A stretch of DNA of 64,000 nucleotides. Origin: Alphaproteobacteria bacterium. GTDB lineage: Bacteria; Pseudomonadota; Alphaproteobacteria; JAAXGF01. Below the pieces are notes generated by a model, which saw only the letters and a list, made by a program, of their open reading frames with translations, searched no databases and was not told where the DNA came from. The position numbers were made by a program, and so were the translations under genes. The DNA lies in NCBI GenBank assembly GCA_963555825.3, contig CAUVXB020000002.1:2656001-2720000 (forward strand), given 5' to 3'. This document shows positions 1-11,162 of this stretch, piece after piece (positions within the stretch are counted from its first letter, which is position 1; every line of letters begins with the position of its first letter).

Positions 1-1025
1 TTTGCCATGGCGAACACATCCGATGAGGTAAGCCGTCCGAGGTAGAAGGCGATCACGGCGCCCGGCCATGTGTCGAGATCGGTTGTCGTAGCGTACTGCG
101 CTAGGTGTCCTTCGCCGCTGCCATGGGAACGCTCTTGCGCGAGAAAATGCTAGATTGCGTAGTACGCGTAGGAGCCATTGACATCACTCAACCAAGAAAA
201 CTCGTGGTTGGCGTCATCGAACTTGCCGGCGCCATAGGCCGCGAGGGCGCGTCGGAAATGCGCCGTTTCGTCGTTCGGAGCGATTGCGAGTGCCCGGTCG
301 AAGTCGGCGATCGCGTCCTCGAGGTGACCGAGAGAATAATGCGCCCAACCACGTTCCCGGTATGCGTACTGGTGTTCGTCGAGATCGATTGAAGTCGTGC
401 AATCAACAATTGCGGGCTCATATACCGCTATCCCCAAATAGGATTCGCACCGAGCGGAGTAGACCAACGCCAGTAGCGGTGTCTCCAATGCTCCGGTGCC
501 GGCCAACTCGATCGCTACTGTGCAGTCTTCGATAGCTTGCTCATAAGAACCATTTCCCGCATGTGATGCGCACAATCCGTTGAAGGCTTTGGCGCGCATT
601 GTCGGCGTTGGGACGTCGACGCCTTTCATGTCAATCACCGCCGTACAATCTTCAATCGCCCGATTGTAGGATTCCTTTATGAGATAGGAAATGCACCGAG
701 AGAGGTGGGCTAAACTAGATTGCAATGGGATGAATTCGCCAGCGTCATCCAAGCGGAGCGCCTCCGTGCAATCATCGATCGCGAGATCGTCCTCGCCGAT
801 GGTCACGTAAACCGAGCAACGGATCGCAAAGAGCGCGCCCAATTGGGAACGACTGGCCTCCCCTGACTCGATGACGCGCGTTATGTGCTGGATCGCCTCA
901 TCGTGTTTGCCGGTGGCCATCGCATGCTTTGCACGCGAAATTTCGGTCAACACATCGGCCGCGGCGTAGGCCGGGCCCGCTGCCAACGCGACAGCAATAA
1001 CGACACTACGGAAGTGGGCGAACAT
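1..1025 (-). pseudogene. TPR-repeat / NlpI-like exported protein with an in-frame amber stop; runs off the window edge
   Basis: Signal peptide (MFAHFRSVVIAVALAAGPAYA) and TPR repeats (AIxDCTxAI). TAG at 150-152 is followed in frame by HFLAQER...WPGAVIAFYLGRL, which resembles the NlpI C-terminal region, so the TAG probably derives from TGG. Confidence 0.7.
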
Positions 1026-1127
1026 GCCTTGCACGCAATGAGCATAGTCGTCCGAACCGGTGCCTGACAACCAAGGGTCGATGAGGGTGCGACGGATACT
1101 TAATCTTCCCTCGTCTCCCGCGAAGCA

Positions 1128-2318
1128 TCACAGCCGCCGTGGGATGTAGCGGGCGTAGTGGGCGAGCACCGCCATCGTCAAGGCGCTGGTGACGAAGACG
1201 GCGGGCAGGGCGAAGACCTGCAGGACGAGCGAGGAGATGCCGGGCATGGCGAGCCGGGACATGTCGCGGTAGGTCGAGAACACGGTGGTCATCTCGGCGC
1301 GCTCGCGGGGCCTGACGGCGCGCATGAAGGGCAAGTTGCCGGCGCCGTCGATGGCGCTCGCGGCCACCGTGGCGGCGACGATGAAGCTGGCGCCCAACCA
1401 CGGCAGGCCCGCCGTGGCGCCGGCCGCCAGGGTCAGCAGCGCGGTGACCAAATAGCCCCAGAACAACAGGCGGCGCAGGCCGTAGCGTCGGCCGAGCCAA
1501 CCCCAGAAGACGACCAGGAACATCGAGGCTGAGCCGGCCGAGAGGATCAGTGCGCCGGCTTCCTCGCCGAGCCCGACGGTGACTGCGTAGATCGGCACAT
1601 AGACGAAGAACATGCCCCACCAGCCGCCGCGCCCGACCGCCAGGATCCAGGCCAGCGCGAGTCGCGGCTGCGCGAAATAGCGGCGCACGAAGCGCAGCGG
1701 GTTGGTCGCCGGCGCCTTGACCTTGGTGAGCACCGGGTTCTCGGTCAGGCGCAGGAACCAGAAATAGCCGAGCTGGGCGACCGCGAAGCCGGCGGCGACG
1801 GCGAAAGGCAGCCACGGCGCGACGTATTTGCCGAGCGCGACGCCGAGCACCGGGCCGATCATCCAGCCGGCGCCGACGAACAGCATGCGCAGCGGCTCGA
1901 AGCGGCCGAACGCCTTGCGCGGAATGTGATCGAGCACGTAGAGATTGAGGCAGATCGCCGCGGTCGCCGAACCGTACAGCTGGAGCACCAGGCCGACGAC
2001 GAGCCCGGCCAACGTCTGGCTCGCCAGCAGCGGCGCGCTCGCGACGACACACGCGAGGCCGAGCGTGAGCGTCCAGCGCCGCTTGACCAGGCCGACCAGC
2101 CAGGGCACGGCGAGCGAACCCAACAGGCCGGCCGTGCCGACCAGGAAGTAGAGCACACTGACCCTTTGCGCGTCGCCGAGCAGTTCGAACGCGAGCAGCG
2201 GCAGGACGGCGACCACGGTCGCCCGCGACATCGTCTCGAGGATGAACAGGACGAGGAACGCCGGACTGCCAGCGGTCGCCATCGCGCCGAACCAGACGGG
2301 AAAATGGGCCTGCCTCAA
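1128..2318 (-). CDS. MFS transporter
   Basis: Many hydrophobic segments and the loop motif GWLGRRYGLRR. Start uncertain (TTG 2318 or ATG 2282). Confidence 0.85.
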   Translation of the reverse strand: MRQAHFPVWFGAMATAGSPAFLVLFILETMSRATVVAVLPLLAFELLGDAQRVSVLYFLVGTAGLLGSLAVPWLVGLVKRRWTLTLGLACVVASAPLLASQTLAGLVVGLVLQLYGSATAAICLNLYVLDHIPRKAFGRFEPLRMLFVGAGWMIGPVLGVALGKYVAPWLPFAVAAGFAVAQLGYFWFLRLTENPVLTKVKAPATNPLRFVRRYFAQPRLALAWILAVGRGGWWGMFFVYVPIYAVTVGLGEEAGALILSAGSASMFLVVFWGWLGRRYGLRRLLFWGYLVTALLTLAAGATAGLPWLGASFIVAATVAASAIDGAGNLPFMRAVRPRERAEMTTVFSTYRDMSRLAMPGISSLVLQVFALPAVFVTSALTMAVLAHYARYIPRRL

Positions 2319-2470
2319 AAGGCACCGGTGCGAGAGCTGTCCGTCGGGCGCGTCATCGGCGCATAATGCCCGCGCAAGCCGCCGTGGCGACACGCAAATA
2401 TTGCAGCCCTGGACCGCATCCATGGCGGTCGCCATACTGGCGCGGGACGGCGGCAAGAGGAGGCGACGCC

Positions 2471-3406
2471 ATGGCCAACGCGAATAAAGTGATCATCACA
2501 TGCGCGGCGACGGGCTCGATCCACACGCCGACCATGTCGCCTTATCTGCCGATCACGCCCGACGAGATCGCCGAGGCCGCGGTCGCCGCCGCGGAGGCCG
2601 GCGCCGCCGTGCTGCATCTGCACGCACGCGACCCGGTTGACGGCCGGCCGACGCCCGACCCCGGCGTCTTCATGCAGTTCCTGCCGCGCATCAAGCAGGC
2701 GACCGACGCGGTGGTCAACATCACGACCGGCGGCGGCGCCGGCATGAGCCTCGAGGAGCGCCTGGCCGCGCCCTTGGCCGCCGCGCCCGAGCTCTGCTCG
2801 CTCAACATGGGCTCGATGAACTTCGGCCTGTTCCCGATGCTGAACAAATACAAGGAGTTCAAGCACGACTGGGAGCGCCAACATCTGGAGAACTCGCGCG
2901 ACTTCATCTTCAAGAACACCTTCGCCGACATCGAGCGCATCCTGGCCGAGCTCGGCGAGGGCTGCGGCACGCGCTTCGAGTTCGAATGCTACGACGTCGG
3001 CCACCTCTACACGCTGGCCCACTTCCTCGACCGCGGCCTGGCCAGGCCGCCGCTGTTCGTCCAGACGATCTTCGGCATCCTCGGCGGCATCGGCCCCGAG
3101 CCCGACAACCTGATGTTCATGCGGCGCACCGCCGACCGGCTGTTCGGCGACGCCTACCAGTGGTCGATCCTGGCCGCCGGGCGCCACCAGATGGCGCTCT
3201 GCACAATGGGCGCGGCAATCGGCGGCCACGTCCGCGTCGGCCTCGAGGACAGCCTCTACATCGCCAAGGGCGAGCTGGCGAAGTCGAACGCCCAGCAGGT
3301 CGCCAAGATCCGCACCATCATCGAGGCGCTGTCGCTCGAAATCGCGACGCCGGCCGAGGCGCGCGAGATGCTCGACCTCAAGGGCGGCGATCAGGTGGCA
3401 TTCTGA
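2471..3406 (+). CDS. 3-keto-5-aminohexanoate cleavage enzyme family (BKACE/DUF849)
   Basis: KVIITCAATG, HLHARD and GHVRVGLED motifs; RBS GAGGAGG before ATG 2471. Confidence 0.92.
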   Translation: MANANKVIITCAATGSIHTPTMSPYLPITPDEIAEAAVAAAEAGAAVLHLHARDPVDGRPTPDPGVFMQFLPRIKQATDAVVNITTGGGAGMSLEERLAAPLAAAPELCSLNMGSMNFGLFPMLNKYKEFKHDWERQHLENSRDFIFKNTFADIERILAELGEGCGTRFEFECYDVGHLYTLAHFLDRGLARPPLFVQTIFGILGGIGPEPDNLMFMRRTADRLFGDAYQWSILAAGRHQMALCTMGAAIGGHVRVGLEDSLYIAKGELAKSNAQQVAKIRTIIEALSLEIATPAEAREMLDLKGGDQVAF

Positions 3407-3604
3407 GGTTGCCGACGCGGCCTAGAATCATCGGCGTTGGGGCGTGATTCAGTTTGCAGTATTCTGGTGCGGCCATTGATTCGGGGATTGGCCATGACCG
3501 GTCATTCGAAGGTTTAAATTCATCCGTCGTTAGCGGCCGAGTTCGAATCAAAATGGCCCTTCTGGGTAACCGCTTTCGATATCATTGTAACGGGGGGGCG
3601 ATCT

Positions 3605-4222
3605 ATGACCGTTAGACACTCGATCGGTATTGTCCTGTTTCAAGGTTTTGAAATCTTGGACGTATTTGGTCCGATTGAAATGCTTGGGATGTATCCCGAT
3701 AATTTCGAGATACTTTTGGTGGCAGAACAGAGCGGTGAAGTCGCTAGCGCTCAGGGCCCACGATCCGTGGTTGATCATTCGTTCAGCGATGACATCCATT
3801 ACGATGTGCTTCTTGTGCCAGGTGGCCAAGGCACTCGACGAGAAGTGAGTAATCCCGTGATGTTGGATTGGTTAACCGAGAGATCGGCAAAAGCCCAGTA
3901 TGTCACCTCTGTTTGCACTGGAAGCGCTGTGCTCGCTAAGGCTGGAATACTAGATGGTATTCGAGCCACGAGTAACAAAATGAATTACGAATGGGTCGTG
4001 ACCCAGGGACCAAATGTCGAATGGGTGCGTGAAGCGCGCTGGGTCGAAGATGGAACCTTTTTCACATCGTCCGGTGTCTCGGCGGGCATGGATATGTCGT
4101 TGGCACTCATCGAAAGAATCCTAGGCCGCGAAGCGGCCGACAAAGCGGCTCTATGGGCAGAATACGATTGGCATAAGGACTCTGCTTGGGATCCCTTCGC
4201 GAAGGCTTGGGGGTTGGTTTAG
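3605..4222 (+). CDS. DJ-1/PfpI family protein (isonitrile hydratase-like)
   Basis: GFEILDVFGP, VPGG, SVCTG and TSSGVSAGMD motifs; visibly lower GC than its neighbours. Confidence 0.9.
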   Translation: MTVRHSIGIVLFQGFEILDVFGPIEMLGMYPDNFEILLVAEQSGEVASAQGPRSVVDHSFSDDIHYDVLLVPGGQGTRREVSNPVMLDWLTERSAKAQYVTSVCTGSAVLAKAGILDGIRATSNKMNYEWVVTQGPNVEWVREARWVEDGTFFTSSGVSAGMDMSLALIERILGREAADKAALWAEYDWHKDSAWDPFAKAWGLV

Positions 4223-4398
4223 ATGCGCCTCCTGGCGGCCGCTCTTGGGCCGTTACCAGACCTTGACCGAGACCCTGATGACCGGGCGCCTATGTCTGCT
4301 GGTCGGCGCGAAGCCGACATGATCCACTGACAAGCTGACCTTCCGGGCGTTGTTTCGGCGCAATTTCAAACCGAGGTACGACCTGGCACTCAGCCCAC

Positions 4399-4427
4399 TT
4401 GACTCGCCCCCGGCGCGGTCATAAAGT
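4399..4427 (+). promoter_or_regulatory. Putative sigma70 promoter of ffh
   Basis: TTGACT-N17-TAAAGT, about 110 nt upstream of the ffh ATG. Confidence 0.55.
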
Positions 4428-4458
4428 CCGCGCGCTCAACGGTAAGCCAGAGTTTTTG

Positions 4459-4503
4459 GCCCTTGAGGGGTACGCCAGTCCGCGAATTTACGCGCACTGG
4501 CGC
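4459..4503 (+). ncRNA. ffh leader RNA motif (alphaproteobacterial)
   Basis: GCCCTTGAGGGG followed by the hairpin CGCCAGT-CCGCG-AATTTA-CGCGC-ACTGGCG in the ffh 5' UTR. Position and shape fit the described ffh motif; not checked with a covariance model. Confidence 0.6.
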
Positions 4504-4539
4504 GTTTTTCGTTGGCGACAGGATGGCGACAGGACGGCG

Positions 4540-5922
4540 ATGTTCGGAACCCTTAGCGACCGCCTCGGCGGTGTCTTCGATCGGCTGAAGAAGCGCGGCG
4601 CGCTGAACGAGAGCGACGTCACCCAGGCGCTGCGCGAGGTGCGCGTCGCGTTGCTGGAGGCCGACGTCGCGCTGCCCGTCGTCAAGGACTTCATCGAGGC
4701 CGTGCGCGAGCGCGCGCTCGGCGCCGAGGTGCTCAAGAGCATCGCGCCGGGCCAGCAGGTCGTCAAGATCGTCCATGACGCGTTGGTCGACATGCTCGGC
4801 GCCGAGGGCGCCGAGATCACGCTCGCCCTTTCGCCGCCCTCGGCGATCCTGCTGGTCGGCCTGCAGGGCTCGGGCAAGACGACGACGACCGCCAAGCTGG
4901 GCGCCCGGCTCGCCAAGCGCGACAAGAAGAAAGTCCTGATGGCCTCGCTCGACGTGCGCCGGCCGGCGGCGCAGGAACAGCTCGCCGTGCTCGGCGTCGA
5001 GGCGGGCGTCGCGACGCTGCCGATCGGCGCCGGCGTCACGCCGGTCGAGATCGCGCGCCGCGCCATGGAGACCGCGCGGCTCGAGGGCTACGACGTGGTG
5101 CTCCTGGACACCGCCGGCCGCCAGCATGTCGACGACGCGCTGATGGCCGAGGCGACCGCCGTGCGCGACGCCACCAAGCCGACCGAGGTGCTGCTGGTGG
5201 CCGACGCGCTGACCGGCCAGGACGCGGTCAACCTGGCGCGGGCGTTCGACGATCGCGTCGGCGTCACCGGCATCGTCCTGACCCGCGTCGACGGCGATGG
5301 CCGCGGCGGCGCCGCGCTCAGCATGCGCGCGGTGACCGGCAAGCCGATCAAGCTGATCGGCGTCGGCGAGAAGCTCGACGCGCTCGAGGCCTTCCACCCG
5401 GAACGTATCGCCGGGCGCATCCTCGACATGGGCGACGTCGTCTCGCTCGTCGAGAAGGCGGCCGAGACGATCGACCAGGAAGCCGCCGAGAAGCTCGCCA
5501 AGAAGATCAAGAAGGGCGGTTTCGACTTCAACGACCTGGCCGACCAGCTGCGCCAGATCGGCAAGATGGGCGGCCTCGAGGGCATGATGGCGTTGCTGCC
5601 CGGCGTCGCCAAGGCCAAGAAACAGATGGCCGAGGCCAACCTCGACCAGACCCTGCTGGCGCGCCAGCAGGCGATCATCGGCTCGATGACCAAGGCCGAG
5701 CGGGTCAACGCCAGGCTGATGTCGGGTTCGCGCAAGCGGCGCATCGCGGCCGGCTCGGGCACCACGGTGCAGGACGTCAACCGGCTGATCAAGCAGTTCA
5801 AGCAGATGACCGTGATGATGAAACGGGTCGGCAAGATGGGCAAGAAGGGCATAATGCGCGCCATGCCGGGCATGCTGCCGCCGGGCATGGGCGGCGGCTT
5901 CCCGGGCGGCGGCCCGCGCTGA
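4540..5922 (+). CDS. ffh: Signal recognition particle protein Ffh
   Basis: [22 protein letters not shown] and a Met-rich M domain with [11 protein letters not shown]. Confidence 0.98.
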   Translation: MFGTLSDRLGGVFDRLKKRGALNESDVTQALREVRVALLEADVALPVVKDFIEAVRERALGAEVLKSIAPGQQVVKIVHDALVDMLGAEGAEITLALSPPSAILLVGLQGSGKTTTTAKLGARLAKRDKKKVLMASLDVRRPAAQEQLAVLGVEAGVATLPIGAGVTPVEIARRAMETARLEGYDVVLLDTAGRQHVDDALMAEATAVRDATKPTEVLLVADALTGQDAVNLARAFDDRVGVTGIVLTRVDGDGRGGAALSMRAVTGKPIKLIGVGEKLDALEAFHPERIAGRILDMGDVVSLVEKAAETIDQEAAEKLAKKIKKGGFDFNDLADQLRQIGKMGGLEGMMALLPGVAKAKKQMAEANLDQTLLARQQAIIGSMTKAERVNARLMSGSRKRRIAAGSGTTVQDVNRLIKQFKQMTVMMKRVGKMGKKGIMRAMPGMLPPGMGGGFPGGGPR

Positions 5923-5933
5923 GGAAGAGGATC

Positions 5934-6731
5934 ATGTTCAGTCACATCACCCTCGGCACCAACGACTTCGCGCGCGCCAAGGCGTTCTACGACGCCGCGT
6001 TGGCGCCGCTCGGCATGGCGGCGGAGGCGCAGGACTTCGACGACGCGGCGGCCTACGGCGTTTCGGGCGGCTCGCGTTTCCGGCTCTGGATTCTGCCGCC
6101 CTACGACGGTCTGCCGGCGACCTGGAGCAACGGCGCGCATCTGGCGCTGGTCGCGCCCGACGCGGCGGCGGTCGACGCCTTCCACGCCGCGGCGATGGCG
6201 ACCGGCGGCATCGACGAAGGGACGCCCGGCCCGCGCCCGCACTACGCGCCCGACTACTACGCGGCCTATGTGCGCGACCCCGACGGCAACAAGCTGCAGG
6301 CGGTCCACTACGGCGACGGCCGCACGGCGGCCACCGACGACGAGATGATTTCGCATGTCACGCTGGGCAGCGACGACCTGGCGCGCTCGGGCGCCTTCTA
6401 CGACGCGTTGCTCGCGCCGCTCGGCTACACGCGCGTCGAAGCCGACGACGGCTCGGTCGCCTACGGCGCGGCGGATACGCAGATTCCCTGGTTATTTACC
6501 CATTTGCCGTTCGACGGCCGGCCGGCGACCTGGGGCAACGGCACCCATGTCGCCTTCATGGCGCCGAGCCGCGCCGCGGTCGACGCGTTCCACGCGGCGG
6601 GGCTCGACAACGGCGCCCAGGACGAGGGTCCGCCGGGCCTTCGGCCGCAGTATACGGCGAGCTATTACGGCGCTTACCTGCGCGACCCCGACGGCAACAA
6701 ACTGCAGGCGGTGTGCTATGCGCCCGCCTGA
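5934..6731 (+). CDS. VOC/glyoxalase protein with two tandem domains
   Basis: Two copies of SHxTLG...FYDA...HxA...DEGxPGxRPxY...[11 protein letters not shown]. Confidence 0.9.
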   Translation: MFSHITLGTNDFARAKAFYDAALAPLGMAAEAQDFDDAAAYGVSGGSRFRLWILPPYDGLPATWSNGAHLALVAPDAAAVDAFHAAAMATGGIDEGTPGPRPHYAPDYYAAYVRDPDGNKLQAVHYGDGRTAATDDEMISHVTLGSDDLARSGAFYDALLAPLGYTRVEADDGSVAYGAADTQIPWLFTHLPFDGRPATWGNGTHVAFMAPSRAAVDAFHAAGLDNGAQDEGPPGLRPQYTASYYGAYLRDPDGNKLQAVCYAPA

Positions 6732-6796
6732 GACGACCAACACGAAGATCACAACCAACGGCCACAAGGCCGACGAACATAAGGAAAGAGTACTCC

Positions 6797-7798
6797 ATGG
6801 CAGTTAGAATTCGACTGGCGCGCGGCGGCGCCAAGAAGCGTCCCATCTACCGCATCGTCGCCGCCGACTCGCGCAGCCCGCGCGACGGCCGCTTCATCGA
6901 GAAGCTGGGCCTCTACAACCCGATCATGGCTAACGACGGCGTCCGACTGAGCTTGAACGAGGAGCGCATCAAGTACTGGCTCGGCACCGGCGCACTGCCG
7001 TCCGAGCGCGTCGCGCGGCTGCTCGGCGAGGCCGGCATCATCGCCGTGCCGCCGACCCCCAACCGGCCAAACAAGAGCGCGCCAAAGGCCAAGGCGGTCG
7101 AGCGCGCCAAGCAGGCCGCCGAGGCGGCCGCCGCCGCCGCCGCCGCACCCGCCGAGGAAGCGCCTGCCGAGGAGGCAACCGCCGAAGAAGCCCCTGCCGA
7201 GGAGGCTGCGGCCGAAGAGGCTGCGGCCGAGGAAGCTGCGGCTGAGGAAGCGCCTGCCGAGGGAGCCACCGCCGAAGAGGCTCCCGCCGAGGAAGCGCCG
7301 GCCGAGGAAGCTGCTGCCGAGGAGGCGCCGGCTGAAGAGGCTGCGGCCGAAGAGGCTCCCGCCGAGGAGTCAGCCGCCGAAGAAGCCCCTGCCGAGGAGG
7401 CTGCGGCCGAAGAGGCTCCCGCCGGGGAGTCAGCCGCCGAAGAAGCGCCTGCCGAGGAAGCTGTGGCCGAGGAAGCTGCGGCTGAGGAAGCGCCTGCCGA
7501 GGAAGCCACCGCTGACGAGGCTCCCGCAGAGGAAGCCCCTGCCGAGGAAGCGCCGGCCGAGGCGGCTGCCGAGGAGGCCGCAGCTGAGGAGGCCGCAACT
7601 GAGGAAGCGCCGGCCGAGGAAGCTGCTGCCGAGGCGGCGCCGGCTGAAGAGGCTGCCGCAGACGAAACGCCGGCTGAGGAAACCGCTGCTGAAGAGGCTC
7701 CTGCCGAGGAAGCGCCGGCCGAGGAGGCCCCTGCCGAAGAGGCGTCGGCCGATGCCGACGAGCAGGCCAGTGACGACGAGGACAAGGCCAAGAGCTGA
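6797..7798 (+). CDS. rpsP: 30S ribosomal protein S16 with a very long acidic C-terminal extension (333 aa)
   Basis: [35 protein letters not shown]; RBS AAGGAAAG; lies upstream of rimM-trmD-rplS. Confidence 0.97.
   Translation: MAVRIRLARGGAKKRPIYRIVAADSRSPRDGRFIEKLGLYNPIMANDGVRLSLNEERIKYWLGTGALPSERVARLLGEAGIIAVPPTPNRPNKSAPKAKAVERAKQAAEAAAAAAAAPAEEAPAEEATAEEAPAEEAAAEEAAAEEAAAEEAPAEGATAEEAPAEEAPAEEAAAEEAPAEEAAAEEAPAEESAAEEAPAEEAAAEEAPAGESAAEEAPAEEAVAEEAAAEEAPAEEATADEAPAEEAPAEEAPAEAAAEEAAAEEAATEEAPAEEAAAEAAPAEEAAADETPAEETAAEEAPAEEAPAEEAPAEEASADADEQASDDEDKAKS
7151..7747 (+). repeat. About 40 tandem 15-bp coding repeats ([10 protein letters not shown]) within rpsP
   Basis: Units counted from the translation; degenerate GCCGAGGARGCNSCN units. 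Confidence 0.95.
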
Positions 7799-8348
7799 GG
7801 CCGCGCGCGGCGGCGACGCCGACGCGGCCGGCTGGCTCTGTGTCGGCGTCATCGGCAAGCCCAAGGGGGTACGCGGTGCGTTCCGCGTCACCAGCTACAC
7901 GGCGCGGCCCGAGGACATTTTGGCGTACGGCCCGCTGCGCGACGGCCCGGATGGTCGTGAGCTGGCGCTCGGTGTCGTCGAGACGGTCAAGGGCGGCATC
8001 GTCGCGCGGCTACCCGGCGTCGGCGACCGTGACGCGGCCGAGGCGCTGCGCGGCACCGAGCTCTATCTGCCGCGGGCGGCGCTGCCCGAGGCCGAGGCGG
8101 ACGAGTACTACCACGCCGATCTGGTCGGGCTCGCGGTCGAGCTGACCGGCGGCGCGGCGTTCGGCACGGTGTGCGCGGTGCACGATTTCGGCGCCGGCGG
8201 CCTCCTCGAGGTGGCGCCGGCGGCGGGCGGCGAGACGGTGTTCGTGCCGTTCACCGGCGAGGCCGTGCCCGAGGTCGACGTCGCGGGCGGTCGTCTGGTC
8301 ATCGCGCCGCTCGCCGACGACGCGGTGGACGAGGAGACGGCCGGATGA
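7752..8348 (+). CDS. rimM: Ribosome maturation factor RimM
   Basis: [21 protein letters not shown] and HDFGAG motifs. Candidate starts (ATG 7752, GTG 7770) overlap the end of rpsP. Confidence 0.93.
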   Translation: MPTSRPVTTRTRPRAEAARGGDADAAGWLCVGVIGKPKGVRGAFRVTSYTARPEDILAYGPLRDGPDGRELALGVVETVKGGIVARLPGVGDRDAAEALRGTELYLPRAALPEAEADEYYHADLVGLAVELTGGAAFGTVCAVHDFGAGGLLEVAPAAGGETVFVPFTGEAVPEVDVAGGRLVIAPLADDAVDEETAG

Positions 8349-9076
8349 GCGAAGGCGGGACGCAGGCGGCGTGGCGCGCGACCGTGCTCACGCTGTTTCC
8401 CGAGATGTTTCCGGGGCCGCTCGCCCATTCGCTTGCCGGGCGCGCCATGGAGAACGGCATTTGGCTACTGGAAACAGTGGACATTCGCGCATTTGCGCGC
8501 GATAAACACGCCGCCGTCGACGACGCACCGTTCGGCGGCGGTCCGGGCATGGTGATGCGACCCGACGTGCTTGCCGCGGCGCTCGATACGAGCCACCCGG
8601 CGGACGAGCCCGGGGCGCGCATTCTGCTCACGCCGCGCGGCCGGCCGCTCGATCAGGGCCGGGTGTGCGAACTGGCGGCGACGCCGCGCGTGACGCTGAT
8701 TTGCGGACGCTATGAAGGCGTCGACGAGAGGGTCATCGCGGCACGCGGCGTCGAGGAGGTAAGCCTCGGTGACTTCGTGTTGTCGGGCGGCGAACCGGCG
8801 GCGTTGGCGTTGATCGACGCCTGTGTGCGGTTGCTGCCGGGTGTCGTCGGCGACGCCCAGGTGTTGGAGGAGGAGAGCTTCGTGCGCGGCCTCCTCGAGT
8901 ATCCGCAGTACACCCGGCCGGCGGTATGGGAAGACCGGGCCGTCCCGGAGGTGCTGTTGTCGGGCCATCACGAGCGCATCGGCGCGTGGCGGCGCGACCA
9001 GGCTGAACGCGCGACGCGCGAACGCCGTCCCGATTTGTGGGCGCGTTACGCATCGGCGCGCAAGGAAAGTAAGTAG
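8345..9076 (+). CDS. trmD: tRNA (guanine-N1)-methyltransferase
   Basis: [29 protein letters not shown] and LEYPQYTRP motifs. Confidence 0.98.
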   Translation: MSEGGTQAAWRATVLTLFPEMFPGPLAHSLAGRAMENGIWLLETVDIRAFARDKHAAVDDAPFGGGPGMVMRPDVLAAALDTSHPADEPGARILLTPRGRPLDQGRVCELAATPRVTLICGRYEGVDERVIAARGVEEVSLGDFVLSGGEPAALALIDACVRLLPGVVGDAQVLEEESFVRGLLEYPQYTRPAVWEDRAVPEVLLSGHHERIGAWRRDQAERATRERRPDLWARYASARKESK

Positions 9077-9091
9077 GAAAGGGCGAGAGCC

Positions 9092-9616
9092 ATGAACATC
9101 GTCGAACAGTTCGAGCAAGCTCAGGTCGAGAAACTGGCCGCGGCACGGCCGATCCCCGAATTTTCGCCGGGCGACACGGTGCGCGTGAAGGTCAAGGTGG
9201 TCGAGGGCGCGCGCGAGCGCATCCAGGCCTTCGAGGGCGTCTGCATCGCGCGCCGCAACCGCGGCATCAACTCGTCGTTCACCGTGCGCAAGATCTCCTA
9301 CGGCGAGGGCGTCGAACGCGTCTTTCCGCTGTATTCGCCGCGCATCGACGACATCGAGGTGGTGCGCCGCGGCGACGTCCGCCGGGCCAAGCTCTACTAC
9401 CTGCGCGGCCTGCGCGGCAAGCGCGCGCGCATCGCCGAGAAGACGACCGGCCATTCGGGCAAGGTGACCAGCCAGGAAAAGGCGGTCCAGCGCGAGAAGT
9501 CGGCCGCGGTGAAGGCCGCCGGCAAGGCCGCCGCCGCCGAGGCCAAGGCCGCCAAGGCGAAGGTCAAGGCGGACGCCAAGTCCAAGGCCCAGGCCAAGGC
9601 TGGGAAGTCCAACTGA
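9092..9616 (+). CDS. rplS: 50S ribosomal protein L19 with a Lys/Ala-rich tail
   Basis: [25 protein letters not shown] and [10 protein letters not shown] motifs. Confidence 0.98.
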   Translation: MNIVEQFEQAQVEKLAAARPIPEFSPGDTVRVKVKVVEGARERIQAFEGVCIARRNRGINSSFTVRKISYGEGVERVFPLYSPRIDDIEVVRRGDVRRAKLYYLRGLRGKRARIAEKTTGHSGKVTSQEKAVQREKSAAVKAAGKAAAAEAKAAKAKVKADAKSKAQAKAGKSN

Positions 9617-9740
9617 TCCTTGGTCTATGTGGCCGACGGGTCGTGACGCGGCGCGGGCGGCGTTGATCGCCGCCCGGCGCGCTCTACCCTAACGGTCGAC
9701 GCCCGATTGCCGCGGTCGCCCGCGCGCGGAGGAGATGCCC

Positions 9741-11147
9741 ATGTCGATGCCCCGCACCCTGTTCGACAAGATCTGGGAAAGCCACGTCGCCGACGAACGG
9801 GACGACGGCACCTCGCTGCTCTACATCGACCGCCACCTGGTGCACGAGGTGACCAGCCCGCAGGCCTTCGAGGGCCTGCGCGATGCCGGGCGGGTGGTGC
9901 GCCGGCCCGACGCGACGCTCGCCGTCGCCGATCACAACGTCCCGACGACCGACCGCAGCCAGGGCATCGCCGAGGCTGGATCGCGCCTCCAGGTCGAGAC
10001 GCTCGAGGCCAACTGCGCCGAGTTCGGCGTCGAGTTTTTCGGCATGGACGACGTGCGCCAGGGCATCGTCCACATCATCGGGCCCGAGCAGGGCCTGACC
10101 CAGCCGGGCACGACCATCGTCTGCGGCGACAGCCACACCGCGACCCACGGCGCCTTCGGCGCGCTCGCCTTCGGCATCGGGACCTCCGAGGTCGAGCACG
10201 TGCTGGCGACCCAGACGCTGATCCAGCGGCGCGCCAAGAACATGCGCATCTCGGTCGAGGGCGCGCTGCCCTTCGGCGTCACCGCCAAGGACGTCATCCT
10301 CGCGGTGATCGGCCAGATCGGCACCGCGGGCGGCACCGGCCACGTCATCGAATACGCCGGCCCGGCGATCGAGGCGCTGTCGATGGAAGGCCGCATGACG
10401 GTGTGCAACATGACGATCGAGGCGGGCGCGCGCGCCGGCCTGATCGCGCCCGACGACACCACCTTCGCGTACCTCAAGGGCCGGCCCCGGGCGCCCCAGG
10501 GCGCCGATTGGGACGCCGCGGTCGCCCAGTGGCGCGGCCTCGTTACGGACCCGGGCGCAACCTACGACACCGAGATCGTGCTCGACGCCAGCCAGATCGC
10601 GCCGCAGGTGACCTGGGGCACCAGCCCCCAGGACGTGCTGCCGATCACCGGCGCCGTGCCCGACCCGGCCACGGCCGGTGACGAGGCGACGCGCCAGTCG
10701 ATGGTGCGTTCGCTCGAATACATGGGGCTCGAGGCCGGCACGCCCTTGGCCCAGATCGCCATCGACCGCGTCTTCATCGGCTCGTGCACCAACGGCCGCA
10801 TCGAGGACCTGCGCGCGGTCGCTGAAATCGCCAAGGGCCGCAAGGTGGCCGCCACGGTCGACGCCATGGTCGTGCCCGGCTCGGGCCTGGTCAAACGCCA
10901 GGCCGAAGCCGAGGGTATCGACAAGGTGCTGGTCGAGGCCGGCTTCGATTGGCGCGAACCGGGCTGCTCGATGTGCCTGGCGATGAACGCCGACAAGCTG
11001 GCGCCGGGCGAGCGCTGCGCCTCGACCTCGAACCGCAACTTCGAGGGCCGCCAAGGCCCCGGCGGGCGGACCCATCTGATGAGCCCGGTGATGGCCGCGG
11101 CGGCGGCGATCGCCGGCCGTCTGGCCGACGTGCGCAAACTGGATTAG
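9741..11147 (+). CDS. leuC: 3-isopropylmalate dehydratase large subunit
   Basis: [25 protein letters not shown] and [12 protein letters not shown] motifs. Start 9735 or 9741. Confidence 0.98.
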   Translation: MSMPRTLFDKIWESHVADERDDGTSLLYIDRHLVHEVTSPQAFEGLRDAGRVVRRPDATLAVADHNVPTTDRSQGIAEAGSRLQVETLEANCAEFGVEFFGMDDVRQGIVHIIGPEQGLTQPGTTIVCGDSHTATHGAFGALAFGIGTSEVEHVLATQTLIQRRAKNMRISVEGALPFGVTAKDVILAVIGQIGTAGGTGHVIEYAGPAIEALSMEGRMTVCNMTIEAGARAGLIAPDDTTFAYLKGRPRAPQGADWDAAVAQWRGLVTDPGATYDTEIVLDASQIAPQVTWGTSPQDVLPITGAVPDPATAGDEATRQSMVRSLEYMGLEAGTPLAQIAIDRVFIGSCTNGRIEDLRAVAEIAKGRKVAATVDAMVVPGSGLVKRQAEAEGIDKVLVEAGFDWREPGCSMCLAMNADKLAPGERCASTSNRNFEGRQGPGGRTHLMSPVMAAAAAIAGRLADVRKLD

Positions 11148-11162
11148 GGCTAGGGGGCGACG

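Noticed and set aside
150-152. Pyrrolysine or recoded TAG
   Set aside because: TAG is the normal stop of leuC, leuD, asd, cobS and others here, and no pyl genes are visible.
3380-4400. Gene-end duplication around the DJ-1 islet like those at leuD and cobT
   Set aside because: No convincing copy of the BKACE 3' end was found downstream of the DJ-1 gene.
7151-7747. Possible CRISPR or non-coding array
   Set aside because: The units are in-frame coding repeats without unique spacers. No repeat-spacer array or cas gene was seen anywhere in the window.
6913-7791. 292-aa Ser/Ala-rich antisense ORF
   Set aside because: It is the mirror of the rpsP repeat, which has no stops on the reverse strand; there is no independent coding signal.
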